This document shows positions 37,339 to 46,049 of a stretch of DNA of 64,000 nucleotides, piece after piece. The notes below the pieces were generated by a model. That model saw only the letters and a list, made by a program, of their open reading frames with translations, ran no database searches and was not told where the DNA came from. Numbering within the stretch: the first letter of the stretch is position 1; each line of letters begins with the position of its first letter. A program made the position numbers and the translations under genes. Origin of the DNA: an uncultured Candidatus Bathyarchaeia archaeon (GTDB taxonomy: Archaea > Thermoproteota > Bathyarchaeia > Bathyarchaeales > Bathyarchaeaceae); contig CAZUDX010000006.1 of assembly GCA_964618695.1 (NCBI GenBank), positions 91,257 to 155,256 of the forward strand, read 5' to 3'.

Positions 37339-37404
37339 TCATATTAGGAGACTAATAACAGCAGATTGTTGAAAACAGCTTTTTTCTGAAAATTTTTTCG
37401 CAAC
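37339..37404 (+). repeat. intergenic repeat family B, copy 3 (~66 nt)
   Basis: TCATATTAGGAGACTAATAACAGCAGATTGTTGAAAACAGCTTTTTTCTGAAAATTTTTTCGCAAC. It contains the ATTAG-GAGA-CTAAT hairpin. Confidence 0.7.
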
Positions 37405-37446
37405 CATCTTTCGAGAAATAAGATTCTTTGTCTATCTTAAGGAGAG

Positions 37447-37635
37447 TTATTTGCGGTTTGGTCTAGTTGTCAGCAGAAGCACCACTCCAGCTGTGAAGAG
37501 TATTGCCTCGAAGAATTCATGATGAAGCATGTCCCCGAGATCAAAGAATCTCCCAACAATGATGAAGTGATGAAGAACAATCAACAAGCCTAACAGAACG
37601 AAGAAGAAACCTAAGATTCTCAATCTTTTCTCCAT
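37447..37635 (-). CDS. possible small 2-TM membrane protein
   Basis: 62-aa ORF with two hydrophobic helices and His-rich loops. No further support. Confidence 0.35.
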   Translation of the reverse strand: MEKRLRILGFFFVLLGLLIVLHHFIIVGRFFDLGDMLHHEFFEAILFTAGVVLLLTTRPNRK

Positions 37636-37751
37636 GTTTCATCAAAGTGAGGTCTTGGAACTCATTTATAAAAGCCGTGATTCCAAAAATTTCATGCAAA
37701 GATTTATTTTTTTCCTGCTTCAAGTTAAACCCAAAAGAAGGGTGCGCCTAA

Positions 37752-38354
37752 TTGAGGGAACCTTTTGCTGAATTTGTTGAAGCCGAGTTAAACCCAAACA
37801 TTCTGTTAATCACGTGTGGGCTTCCTGGAACTTGGAAGACGGAGACCTCTCAGGAAATCTCGAAGATCAAGGGAATCCCGATTCTTCGAACTGATTTGAT
37901 TCGCTTGGAGGTTCTGAAAAACGAAGATGTTTTTGACGAAAAAGTTGCGTCAAACATGAATAAGCGAGAATTGGTTTATGATGAGATGTTTCGGCGAGCA
38001 GAGGAGCTTGCACGGAAAGGTGGCGGAGTGATTTTGGATGCTACTTTTGTAACTCAGAAACTGCGGAGACGTGCTGCTGAGGTTGCTGCAAAAACTGGGA
38101 TACCTTTTGTTATTCTTCAGACTAGCTGTTCTGAAGAGGCGTCCATTGCGAGAATTTTGCGGAGAACTAAAGAGAAGTATGAATCGAACGCTTTGACTAG
38201 AAGAGCTTATGATAACAACAAGAAACGGTTTGAACCCGTTGACTTGGATGACCTGCAAAACAGACATCCAAAACTTGAAATAACACACTTGACGGTTGAC
38301 ACAGAATACGATAACCCTGAAGACTGGTATATAATCGGGAAAGAAGTTAGGTAA
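37752..38354 (+). CDS. P-loop kinase (AAA_33 / COG0645-like)
   Basis: 200 aa with Walker A in LITCGLPGTWKTETS, followed by a D..R and RR.....E lid-like region. Confidence 0.7.
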   Translation: MREPFAEFVEAELNPNILLITCGLPGTWKTETSQEISKIKGIPILRTDLIRLEVLKNEDVFDEKVASNMNKRELVYDEMFRRAEELARKGGGVILDATFVTQKLRRRAAEVAAKTGIPFVILQTSCSEEASIARILRRTKEKYESNALTRRAYDNNKKRFEPVDLDDLQNRHPKLEITHLTVDTEYDNPEDWYIIGKEVR

Positions 38355-38371
38355 TTGGGCTCAGTTTCATC

Positions 38372-39244
38372 ATGATAATAGATTTGCATATTCACTCGAA
38401 AAACTGTTCCGACGGCGCTTTATTTATTGAAGAGATTATCGAAGAAGCTAAAGCCAGAAATATCGGCTTAATGTCGATTACCGACCACGACTCAATAGGC
38501 TGCCAAAAACATGCTGAGGCTCTGGCAAAGAAAAACGGAATCCAATACGTCTACGGAGTTGAATTGAGCGTATCTTTTGTTCACCCCAAAATAACCAAAG
38601 GCAAGCTAATACCGTTAGACTTCTTGGGCTACCAATACGACATCAACAACAAAGCATTGAAAGAAAAAATTCAGCAACTAAGAAAACATCGCGAAGAACG
38701 AGCAGAAAAAATCTTGGAAAAAATCAATGCAGAATTCAAAAAAGAAGGGATCAAAAACTTAACAAAAGCCGACTGGAACACGATTCGAGACTCCGCTGAC
38801 GGATCGGTAGGACGCCCCCACATAGCAGACTATCTGGTCAAAAAAGGAATCGTTAGAAACAGGCAAGAAGCCTTCGACAAGTATCTTGTGAAATGCAATG
38901 TTCCCAAATATCCTCTTTACGTTGAAGAGGCGTCGAAGCTGGTGAGAAACGCTGGAGGAAAAGTAGTGTTAGCCCATCCCAATGACCCGCACGGAATCTC
39001 ACTCGCAAAAATAACTGATTCACTGCAGAAACAGACACAAATAATCAAAGAATCGCTACTCGAACACATTGACGGCGTAGAATGTTGGCACTCCAGAAAC
39101 AACACCGAAACAACAAAACATTACGTAAACTTTGCAAAAAAACATGGGCTAATCATGACAGGTGGAAGCGATTGCCACCAGAAACCCATCATCATGGGAA
39201 CAATAGAAATCCCAGATTTTGTAGCTCAACAATTTCTAACATGA
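38372..39244 (+). CDS. PHP-domain metal-dependent phosphoesterase
   Basis: 290 aa with MIIDLHIHS..SDG (PHP motif I), ITDHD, HP and GSDCH motifs. Confidence 0.8.
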   Translation: MIIDLHIHSKNCSDGALFIEEIIEEAKARNIGLMSITDHDSIGCQKHAEALAKKNGIQYVYGVELSVSFVHPKITKGKLIPLDFLGYQYDINNKALKEKIQQLRKHREERAEKILEKINAEFKKEGIKNLTKADWNTIRDSADGSVGRPHIADYLVKKGIVRNRQEAFDKYLVKCNVPKYPLYVEEASKLVRNAGGKVVLAHPNDPHGISLAKITDSLQKQTQIIKESLLEHIDGVECWHSRNNTETTKHYVNFAKKHGLIMTGGSDCHQKPIIMGTIEIPDFVAQQFLT

Positions 39245-39255
39245 AATTATTCTTA

Positions 39256-40320
39256 TCAAAACTTTCTTGCATAGTTTGCAGCTAACTCGAAATACGCCTT
39301 TGCCTCTTTCGTCGCCGCACACTTTTCCTCACTGCCCACACTTGGATCGTTTAGTTTAAAGCTGATAACTTTTCCACGCACGTAAGCTCGATAGCACTTG
39401 TAGAAATTAAGAAGCTTCTCCAACTTTCTGTCTCCAGAATACTTCACATATCTTTCAACAAAAAAACTAGACAAATCACCCCGTTCCTTAAAGTCCAAGT
39501 CCATGGCTAAAAAAGCGATTTCAGAAGCAACGTCACAATACCTGAATCTTTCGTTAAACTCTATAGCGTCAAAAATGTAAATCTTGTCTGCAACGAAGAT
39601 GTTACCCGAATGAATGTCTCCGTGACAATCTCTGATTCGATTCTCAGCCACCCTCTCAGCAAACAAAGACCCATGTCTACTCATGAAATCACCTACTTTT
39701 TCACGAATCAACCGAAAACTTTCCAACGAAATCGTTTTGCCGACGAATTCTTGGCTTTGGTCAAAATTCTCCTTCCAGTTTGTTTCTATCATCGGCAACG
39801 ACCCGAACTCACCTATTCTCTTGTCCGTTTTCGCGTTTGAATGGAATTCAGCGATGATCTTTGCCATTCTATCAATCAGTTTTCTATCCACCTTGCCCTC
39901 TTCAAGAAGCTTGGTCATCATCGTTTCTTCAGGCATTCTCTTCATCTTCAAAGCATACTCAACAGTCACTCCTTCACCCTTCATTTTGATAACATCTGAT
40001 CTGTTGACTGGAACAACCTCAAGATACATGTCCCCACACAACCGCCTATTCAGCTCCAACTCTTTTTCGCAGAAGAAACCCCTCTTCTCTAAGGTTGAAA
40101 AATCTAAAAATCCAAAGTTTACAGCCTTTTTCACCTTGTAAGCATAATTTCCAGTTAAGAAAATGAAGGATATGTGGGTCTGTTTCAGTTCAATTTGTCC
40201 CGGTTCTTCGTCATAAGCTTCAGGCTTCTTCAAAGCTTCCACAACCTGCTTCTGAAGCGACACGTTATCCGCAAGATTGTCCGGTTCAAACTCTGTATTT
40301 CTATCAGGCGCCATAAGCAT
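39256..40320 (-). CDS. aminoglycoside-phosphotransferase-fold (APH/choline-kinase-like) kinase
   Basis: 354 aa with the catalytic-loop motif CHGDIHSGNIF and downstream IFDAIEF (DxD-like). Confidence 0.7.
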   Translation of the reverse strand: MLMAPDRNTEFEPDNLADNVSLQKQVVEALKKPEAYDEEPGQIELKQTHISFIFLTGNYAYKVKKAVNFGFLDFSTLEKRGFFCEKELELNRRLCGDMYLEVVPVNRSDVIKMKGEGVTVEYALKMKRMPEETMMTKLLEEGKVDRKLIDRMAKIIAEFHSNAKTDKRIGEFGSLPMIETNWKENFDQSQEFVGKTISLESFRLIREKVGDFMSRHGSLFAERVAENRIRDCHGDIHSGNIFVADKIYIFDAIEFNERFRYCDVASEIAFLAMDLDFKERGDLSSFFVERYVKYSGDRKLEKLLNFYKCYRAYVRGKVISFKLNDPSVGSEEKCAATKEAKAYFELAANYARKF

Positions 40321-40583
40321 CCCACGCTGACATCATCTAAGGTACAAGTCAATGAAAAGCCAGATTCTTCATAAAACATTTCCGCGAAACTCTGCAAAAA
40401 CTCTTATCCGATGACACGAATCCAAAATCAAAAACAGTGATCCAACTCGTTCTTATTTACTCGTTACTTTTGAAATTAGATTCGGATTTTGAATATTGAT
40501 TGTTATCTATAATTCATACTTAAGCTTCATACAAGTTAAATCCGATAACGGAAAAAGCTTTTTTTGGCGCGTGGGGTGGCATT

Positions 40584-40790
40584 ATGCAGTGGACAAAGCT
40601 GGAAACGCAATTTAACTTAGATGTGGACTTTGAAGCACAAAACGCGTTGACAGAAAAAATTGTTGCAGATAAAGTCAACTTGAACCAGAATTTTCCCAAA
40701 CAACTGGAAGTTTTTATCCAGAAACGCCTCGGTAAGCAACTGTCCCATAAAACAATGGATGACCCAGCACTGAAAAAAGAGGTCACATGA
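40584..40790 (+). CDS. hypothetical protein (weak)
   Basis: 68-aa ORF, mirrored by an antisense ORF of similar length. No motif. Confidence 0.25.
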   Translation: MQWTKLETQFNLDVDFEAQNALTEKIVADKVNLNQNFPKQLEVFIQKRLGKQLSHKTMDDPALKKEVT

Positions 40791-41188
40791 CATTCACATT
40801 CGCTAAAGAGTCAACAGTTACACTTTAAACAGGATCCCTACGCGCCATCCGGAGACATGGAGGAAAACACGCATGGATTTGCGAGTGAACATCAACAATG
40901 AACTCCGAAGGATACGAAAAAAGATAGATAAAGAAAAAACCCCGGCTAAGAAGCTTCGTCTAATTAAGGCATACGAAGACCTCGTTTACACCCTAGAAAG
41001 TCCCCAATAACCGTAAGCTAACAAGAAAGCCTCGGCAATCTTTCCAAGCTTTGGGGGTATCTAAATTGTGCGTCACTGTTAAGTATTGGGCACTCTTTGG
41101 TGTTTTGGTGATAGTTCCACGTCTCCACTCTTTTTCTTTCGCCATAAAGGCTTAAATATCCTGCTTGTTACTGACTTGGACGATAGAT

Positions 41189-41659
41189 ATGCCAAAATGG
41201 GGATACTCAATAACGGACATGGACCCTGAGAAAACGGTCAAAGCCAGCGGACGCGAGTTGAGAGTGTCCCACAAACACGCAAGAGAAGTCTGCAAAACAA
41301 TAAAAGGAATGAAGCTCGACCAAGCCAAAGAATATCTTCAACAGGTTATCCTAAAGAAAAAACCTGTCCCCTTTCGAAGATTCAACAAAAAAGTAGGACA
41401 CCGCCACGGTTTAGAAAAAGCCTTCTCCGGAAGATATCCAGTTAATGCTGCACAACAAATTTTGAAAGTTCTTGAAGGCGCAGAGGCAAACGCAGAATAT
41501 AAGGGCCTTGACATTGAGCGACTTAAAATAATTCATGCCTCAGCCTATCCGGGAATGAAGATAAAAAGATTCATTCAACGAGCCTTCGGGCGATCATCAC
41601 CCCGATTTAAAACCCTTTCTCACGTAGAACTTGTTCTGGAAGAGATGGAGGCAACCTGA
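41189..41659 (+). CDS. rpl22: 50S ribosomal protein L22 (uL22)
   Basis: From ATG 41189: MPKWGYS......KTVKASGR.LRVS.KHA.EVC..I.G. Confidence 0.9.
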   Translation: MPKWGYSITDMDPEKTVKASGRELRVSHKHAREVCKTIKGMKLDQAKEYLQQVILKKKPVPFRRFNKKVGHRHGLEKAFSGRYPVNAAQQILKVLEGAEANAEYKGLDIERLKIIHASAYPGMKIKRFIQRAFGRSSPRFKTLSHVELVLEEMEAT

Positions 41660-42765
41660 TGTCTGTTGTTAAACACTTCATAGACGATTCAATAAAGAAA
41701 GCACAGATCGACGAATTTTTGCGAAACGAATTCGAAAGAGCAGGATACGGCGGCGTAAGCATCACAAAAACTCCATTAGGAACTCACCTAGTTATTTACA
41801 CAATGCGCCCTGGCATGGTTATCGGAAGAGGCGGAGAAACCATAAGAGAACTCGCAACAGTTCTCGAAGAAAAATTCCAGCTTCCCAGCCCTCAGATTTC
41901 AGTCGCTGAAATCGAAATCCCTGAACTCAACGCTTTTGTTGTTGCATCACGAATCGCCTCAGCATTGAAACGGGGCGTTCACTATCGAAGAGCTGGCTTC
42001 TGGGGACTAAACCAAATCATGGAAGCAGGAGCACTTGGCGCAGAGGTTATCATTAGCGGAAAATTGCGGACGGATAGGGCTCGATACGAAAAATTCCGAG
42101 AAGGATACTTGCCTAAAAGTGGGGAACCACCAAGAAAGCACATGAGAAAAGCAGAATTACACGTCCAGTTGAAACCTGGAATTTTAGGAGTCAAAGTTCG
42201 GCTGATACCTCCTGAGGCACAATTTCCTGATCAAGTAAAAGTAGAGATAATTGAAGAAGAATTTGAAAGCGAACCCGAAAAAGAGATTGTTGAGAAAAAG
42301 GTTGTAGCGGAAGAGAAAACAGTTGAACCAGTAGTTTCTCCTGTTGAAGAAAAGGCGGTAGAAGAGGAGAAAGTAGCTGAACCAGAAGTTCCTCCAGCTG
42401 AAAAGTTGGTAGTGGAAGAGAAGGCTGCTGAACCAGAGGCTCCTGTTGCTGAGAAAAAAGTAGAAGCAAAAGAGGAAGCAGCCAAACCTGAGGTTCCTCC
42501 AGTTGAAAAGAAAAAGGTAACAAAAAAGAAGAAACCAAAATCAAAGGTCTCTGCCAAGGAAAAGAAGGAAACGAAAAAGAAAGCTACTAAAAAGAAACCA
42601 GCCAAGCCAAAAGCCACCACTGTAAAAGAAAAAGCCGCAACCAAGAAGAAGCCTAAAACAAAGGCTACCAAAGAAAAGAAGGAAACCAAGAAGAAAGTAA
42701 CTAAAAAGAAAGAGGCAAAACCCAAGGTTTCTCGAACCAAAAAAACAAAAGAGGCTGAAAAATAA
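41659..42765 (+). CDS. rps3: 30S ribosomal protein S3 (uS3) with ~165-aa low-complexity C-terminal extension
   Basis: KH domain and uS3 core occupy residues 1 to about 200 (GR.G..I..L......VAEI..PEL.A..VA..IA..L). This is followed by a Glu/Val/Pro-rich and then a Lys-rich repeat tail to residue 368. Confidence 0.92.
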   Translation: MSVVKHFIDDSIKKAQIDEFLRNEFERAGYGGVSITKTPLGTHLVIYTMRPGMVIGRGGETIRELATVLEEKFQLPSPQISVAEIEIPELNAFVVASRIASALKRGVHYRRAGFWGLNQIMEAGALGAEVIISGKLRTDRARYEKFREGYLPKSGEPPRKHMRKAELHVQLKPGILGVKVRLIPPEAQFPDQVKVEIIEEEFESEPEKEIVEKKVVAEEKTVEPVVSPVEEKAVEEEKVAEPEVPPAEKLVVEEKAAEPEAPVAEKKVEAKEEAAKPEVPPVEKKKVTKKKKPKSKVSAKEKKETKKKATKKKPAKPKATTVKEKAATKKKPKTKATKEKKETKKKVTKKKEAKPKVSRTKKTKEAEK

Positions 42766-42766
42766 G

Positions 42767-42982
42767 ATGGCAATCTTGCGGCTAAAAGACATTCGAGACA
42801 TGTCTTCTGAACAACGAAAAGAAAAGTTAACCGAGTTTCGAACAGAACTGGCAAGATTGAAAACAATGGTCGAAGCAGGCGGATCTATCGACAATCCAAC
42901 TCGAATGAAAGAACTCCGCAAAACCATCGCACGCATCCTCACAATCGAAGCTGAAGAAACAACCGGGAAAGAACAGAAATGA
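42767..42982 (+). CDS. rpl29: 50S ribosomal protein L29 (uL29)
   Basis: 71 aa: MAILRLKDIRDMS.EQR.EKL.E.R.EL..LK. Confidence 0.9.
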   Translation: MAILRLKDIRDMSSEQRKEKLTEFRTELARLKTMVEAGGSIDNPTRMKELRKTIARILTIEAEETTGKEQK

Positions 42983-43263
42983 TCAAACTCACATCAAGCA
43001 TAGTTCAACACGAATTCATCGGCCTCGATGTAAAGGTTGTTAAAAGTTCAAACCCCCACGTAGTTGGAATCAAGGGTAGAGTTGTTGACGAAACCCGCAA
43101 CACACTCACCATATTACACAAAGGCAAAAAACGAACCGTCATCAAGGACACTGCCGTTTTCGATTTTGTTATGCCTGACGGAACAGTTGTAGAGATAGAC
43201 GGCAAGGTCATAATGGGACGACCCGAAGACCGAATAAAGAAACGACCTAGGAGACTGTGGTAG
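42979..43263 (+). CDS. rnp1: RNase P protein component 1 (Rpp29/Pop4)
   Basis: 94 aa: EFIGL.V.VV.S.N....GI.G.VVDETRNTL.I. It sits in the conserved archaeal slot between L29 and S17. Confidence 0.85.
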   Translation: MIKLTSSIVQHEFIGLDVKVVKSSNPHVVGIKGRVVDETRNTLTILHKGKKRTVIKDTAVFDFVMPDGTVVEIDGKVIMGRPEDRIKKRPRRLW

Positions 43264-43602
43264 ATGGCTGCACTCACTGCAAAACGACCAAAGAAAACAT
43301 GTGAAGATATTAACTGTCCATTTCACGGAACCCTCTCCCTGAGGGGACATGCTCTGGAAGGAATCGTCGTCAGCGACAAGATGGAAAAAACCATCATTGT
43401 TCGCCGTGACTACCTAAATTACGTGCCAAAATACAAAAGATACGAACGGAGACGGAGCAACGTAGCTGCCCACAACCCTCCCTGCCTAGATGTCAAAGCA
43501 GGAGACAGGGTGAAGTTAGCAGAATGTCGTGCCATAAGCAAGACAGTCTCGTTCGTTGTCATCGAGAAATTGGAGGAAGGACCTAGTGGCAGCAAGAGCT
43601 AA
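43264..43602 (+). CDS. rps17: 30S ribosomal protein S17 (uS17)
   Basis: 112 aa: CPFHG.L.LRG....G.VVS.KM.KT..V.R......PKY.RYE.R.S...AHNP.C. Confidence 0.9.
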   Translation: MAALTAKRPKKTCEDINCPFHGTLSLRGHALEGIVVSDKMEKTIIVRRDYLNYVPKYKRYERRRSNVAAHNPPCLDVKAGDRVKLAECRAISKTVSFVVIEKLEEGPSGSKS

Positions 43603-43615
43603 GTCCCGAGCCTTC

Positions 43616-44026
43616 ATGGCAAAAGGAGTTGTCGGTCAAAAACCCAAAATTTCTCGGGGATTGCCAGCCGGGTCCGTCGTCAAATGTGCAGACAACTCGG
43701 GGGCTCGAGAGATCCGGATAATCCAAGTTGTAGGATACAAAGGACGGTTGAGAAGAGTTCCAACGGCTTCTGTCGGAGACCTAGTCACAGTCTCGGTTAG
43801 AAAAGGGACGCCCGACATGAGAAAAAAAATCTTTAACGCCGTAGTTGTTAGACAGAGAAAACCGTTTCGTCGTGCCGAAGGAATCTGGGTTCAATTTGAG
43901 GACAACGCAGCTGTTATAATGACACCAGAAGGAGAAATGCGTGGCTCAGAGGTTCGAGGACCTATTGCAAAGGAGGCAGCGGAAAAATGGCCTCGAATCG
44001 CCAGCGCCGCCAGCATTATTGTATAG
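43616..44026 (+). CDS. rpl14: 50S ribosomal protein L14 (uL14)
   Basis: From ATG 43616: ...[20 protein letters not shown]...R...A.VGD.V.VSV.KG.P.MR. Confidence 0.92.
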   Translation: MAKGVVGQKPKISRGLPAGSVVKCADNSGAREIRIIQVVGYKGRLRRVPTASVGDLVTVSVRKGTPDMRKKIFNAVVVRQRKPFRRAEGIWVQFEDNAAVIMTPEGEMRGSEVRGPIAKEAAEKWPRIASAASIIV

Positions 44027-44037
44027 GAGGGTAAGAG

Positions 44038-44493
44038 ATGAAGATAACAAAACCTGGTAAGCAGAGAAAAAGGCTGCATCAAGCTCCTCTGAATGAACGA
44101 TACAAGAGGTTCTCTGCATCCCTCTCGGATAAGCTGAAAGAGTCTCATAACACAAACTCGCTTCCGGTGAGAACTGGCGACACTGTCCTGATCATGAGGG
44201 GAGACCGCAAAGGCTCCGAAGGAAAGGTCACTCAAGTTGACCGGAAAAATTACAGAATTTTCGTTGAGGGCGTGGAGAGGGAAAAAGTGGATGGAACCAA
44301 GGTCCTTATTCCTATTCATCCTTCAAAGGTTAGGATAACCCGCCTAAACCTTGATGACAAATGGCGCAAAAAGATTCTGGAAAGAAAAGCTGCTGAGAAA
44401 GCTGAAATTCTCAAAGAAGAAGAGCCTCCGAAAGAAAAGGCGAAAAAGAAGAAAAAACCGAGAAAAACAACCAAAAAATCTGAGGGAACCTGA
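44038..44493 (+). CDS. rpl24: 50S ribosomal protein L24 (uL24) with Lys-rich tail
   Basis: KOW motif (GD.V.IMRGD.KG.EGKV..V); C-terminal EEEPPKEKAKKKKKPRKTTKK. Confidence 0.9.
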   Translation: MKITKPGKQRKRLHQAPLNERYKRFSASLSDKLKESHNTNSLPVRTGDTVLIMRGDRKGSEGKVTQVDRKNYRIFVEGVEREKVDGTKVLIPIHPSKVRITRLNLDDKWRKKILERKAAEKAEILKEEEPPKEKAKKKKKPRKTTKKSEGT

Positions 44494-44494
44494 G

Positions 44495-45232
44495 TTGGGA
44501 AGAAAAGGCGAAAGCAGACATTTAAAACGGAAACCGGCGCCGAAGCTGTGGCCAATTCATCGAAAGGTAGCGGTTTGGACTGTTAAGCCTAAGCCCGGCC
44601 CTCATTCTCTTTCACGCTCTTTACCGCTTGGACTTATCGTTCGAGATATTCTGAAATTTGCCAAAACAGCTAAGGAAGCCAAAAACATAATTTCTCAAGA
44701 AAAGATAAAGGTTGACGGAAAAGTCAGAAGGGACGAACGTTTTCTCGTCGGTTTGATGGATGTAATATCGATAGTTGACGCTAAGAAATCTTACCGATTA
44801 CTGCCTTCTGGAAAGGGTCTCTTGCTTCATCCAATAAATTCCGATGAAGCCGCTTTCAAACTCTATCGAGTAGAAGACAAGACCGTTGTAAAAGGTGAAC
44901 GTGTGCAGCTTGATCTTCACGACGGAACAAGCTTCTTGATCCCAGAAGAAGATGTCTATCAAACATTAGACGTTCTGAAGCTCAGTGTCCCTGATCGAGA
45001 ACTTATTGGACACATGAAGCTCACTGTAGGTGCCACTGCAATAGTCATCGGAGGAAAAAACATAGGCAAATATGGCAAGGTCAGCACTATCGAAAAAAGA
45101 CCAAACCAAAAACGGAGAGACCTCCTCGTCACCATCGAAGACAACAACGGCGACCAGTTCCAAACAATCCTCGATTTCGTCTTTATTTTAGGGGACAAAA
45201 AACCTTCCATATCTCTACCGGAGGCGGATTGA
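44495..45232 (+). CDS. rps4e: 30S ribosomal protein S4e (eS4)
   Basis: TTG at 44495, just after the L24 stop: (M)GRKGESRHLKRKPAPKLWPIHRK...W.VKP.PGPH. The longer track ORF overlaps the L24 tail in another frame. Confidence 0.9.
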   Translation: MGRKGESRHLKRKPAPKLWPIHRKVAVWTVKPKPGPHSLSRSLPLGLIVRDILKFAKTAKEAKNIISQEKIKVDGKVRRDERFLVGLMDVISIVDAKKSYRLLPSGKGLLLHPINSDEAAFKLYRVEDKTVVKGERVQLDLHDGTSFLIPEEDVYQTLDVLKLSVPDRELIGHMKLTVGATAIVIGGKNIGKYGKVSTIEKRPNQKRRDLLVTIEDNNGDQFQTILDFVFILGDKKPSISLPEAD

Positions 45233-45233
45233 G

Positions 45234-46034
45234 TTGGCAGAAAAAAAAGCTGCTCCTGTGGAGAAAAAGGTGGTAACTGAAAAGAAGGTTGCCAAAGCAA
45301 AGGCTCCTTCAACCAAGGAAAAGAAAGCGGTTAAACCTGCGGTTTCTGCTGTTGAAGAAAAAGTGGTACCTGAAGAGAAGGTAGCTGAACCCAAGGTTAC
45401 TTCTGCTAAAAAAAAGGCGCCCAAAAAGAAAGTAGTCAAAGCAAAGGCTTCGCCTGTAGCTAAAGAGCCCGTAGCCGCGGAGAAGGCAGAGTCTAAAGTA
45501 ACTAAACTAACACGCGAAGAATGGGCTAAAAACCCCATGCTTAAGCCTAAAATAGAGAAGGTAACTGTCAATATGTCCGTTGGAAAATCCGGAGAACCCT
45601 TAGAACAGGCAGTAACTATCCTACAACAACTGACAGGACAACGGCCCTCCAAAAGACAAGCCAAAAAAACAATACGCGACTTCGGCATCAGAAAAGGAGA
45701 ATCCATATCGTGCCTCGTAACTCTTCGAAAAGAAAAAGCAGAAGAATTTCTCCGAAAGGCTTTCCAAGCAATCGAAAACAAGCTTTCAAAATACAGTTTT
45801 GATCGTCAAGGCAACTTTTCTTTTGGAATCAAGGAGCACATTGACATTCCCGGCACTAAATACGTGCCTAAACTTGGCATCCACGGTATGGATGTTTCAG
45901 TTGCTCTTGGCAGACCTGGGTATCGCGTTAAACGTAGACATCGCGCTAGGTCTAAGATCGGGAAAGATCATCTGCTGACCGCTGATGAAGCGATAGACTT
46001 TATTAAAGACGAGTTTGATGTTGAAATAATATAA
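45234..46034 (+). CDS. rpl5: 50S ribosomal protein L5 (uL5) with ~95-aa Lys/Glu/Val/Pro-rich N-terminal extension
   Basis: The core starts at ...NPMLKPKIEKVTVNMSVGKSGE...TGQ.P....AKKTIRDFGIRKGE.I...VTLR. The ORF is open from TTG 45234, one nt after the S4e stop. The alternative ATG at 45537 would remove the extension. Confidence 0.85.
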   Translation: MAEKKAAPVEKKVVTEKKVAKAKAPSTKEKKAVKPAVSAVEEKVVPEEKVAEPKVTSAKKKAPKKKVVKAKASPVAKEPVAAEKAESKVTKLTREEWAKNPMLKPKIEKVTVNMSVGKSGEPLEQAVTILQQLTGQRPSKRQAKKTIRDFGIRKGESISCLVTLRKEKAEEFLRKAFQAIENKLSKYSFDRQGNFSFGIKEHIDIPGTKYVPKLGIHGMDVSVALGRPGYRVKRRHRARSKIGKDHLLTADEAIDFIKDEFDVEII

Positions 46035-46049
46035 AATGGTGAATCCACA

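Noticed and set aside
42231-42942. Long antisense ORFs (211 aa and 133 aa) opposite the uS3 tail, and similar ones opposite rpl5 (45215..45781) and rpl24/rps4e
   Set aside because: They are mirror images of the Lys/Glu low-complexity coding repeats (AAG/GAA read as CTT/TTC, giving Phe/Leu/Ser runs). They have no independent start context and lie entirely within confident ribosomal genes.
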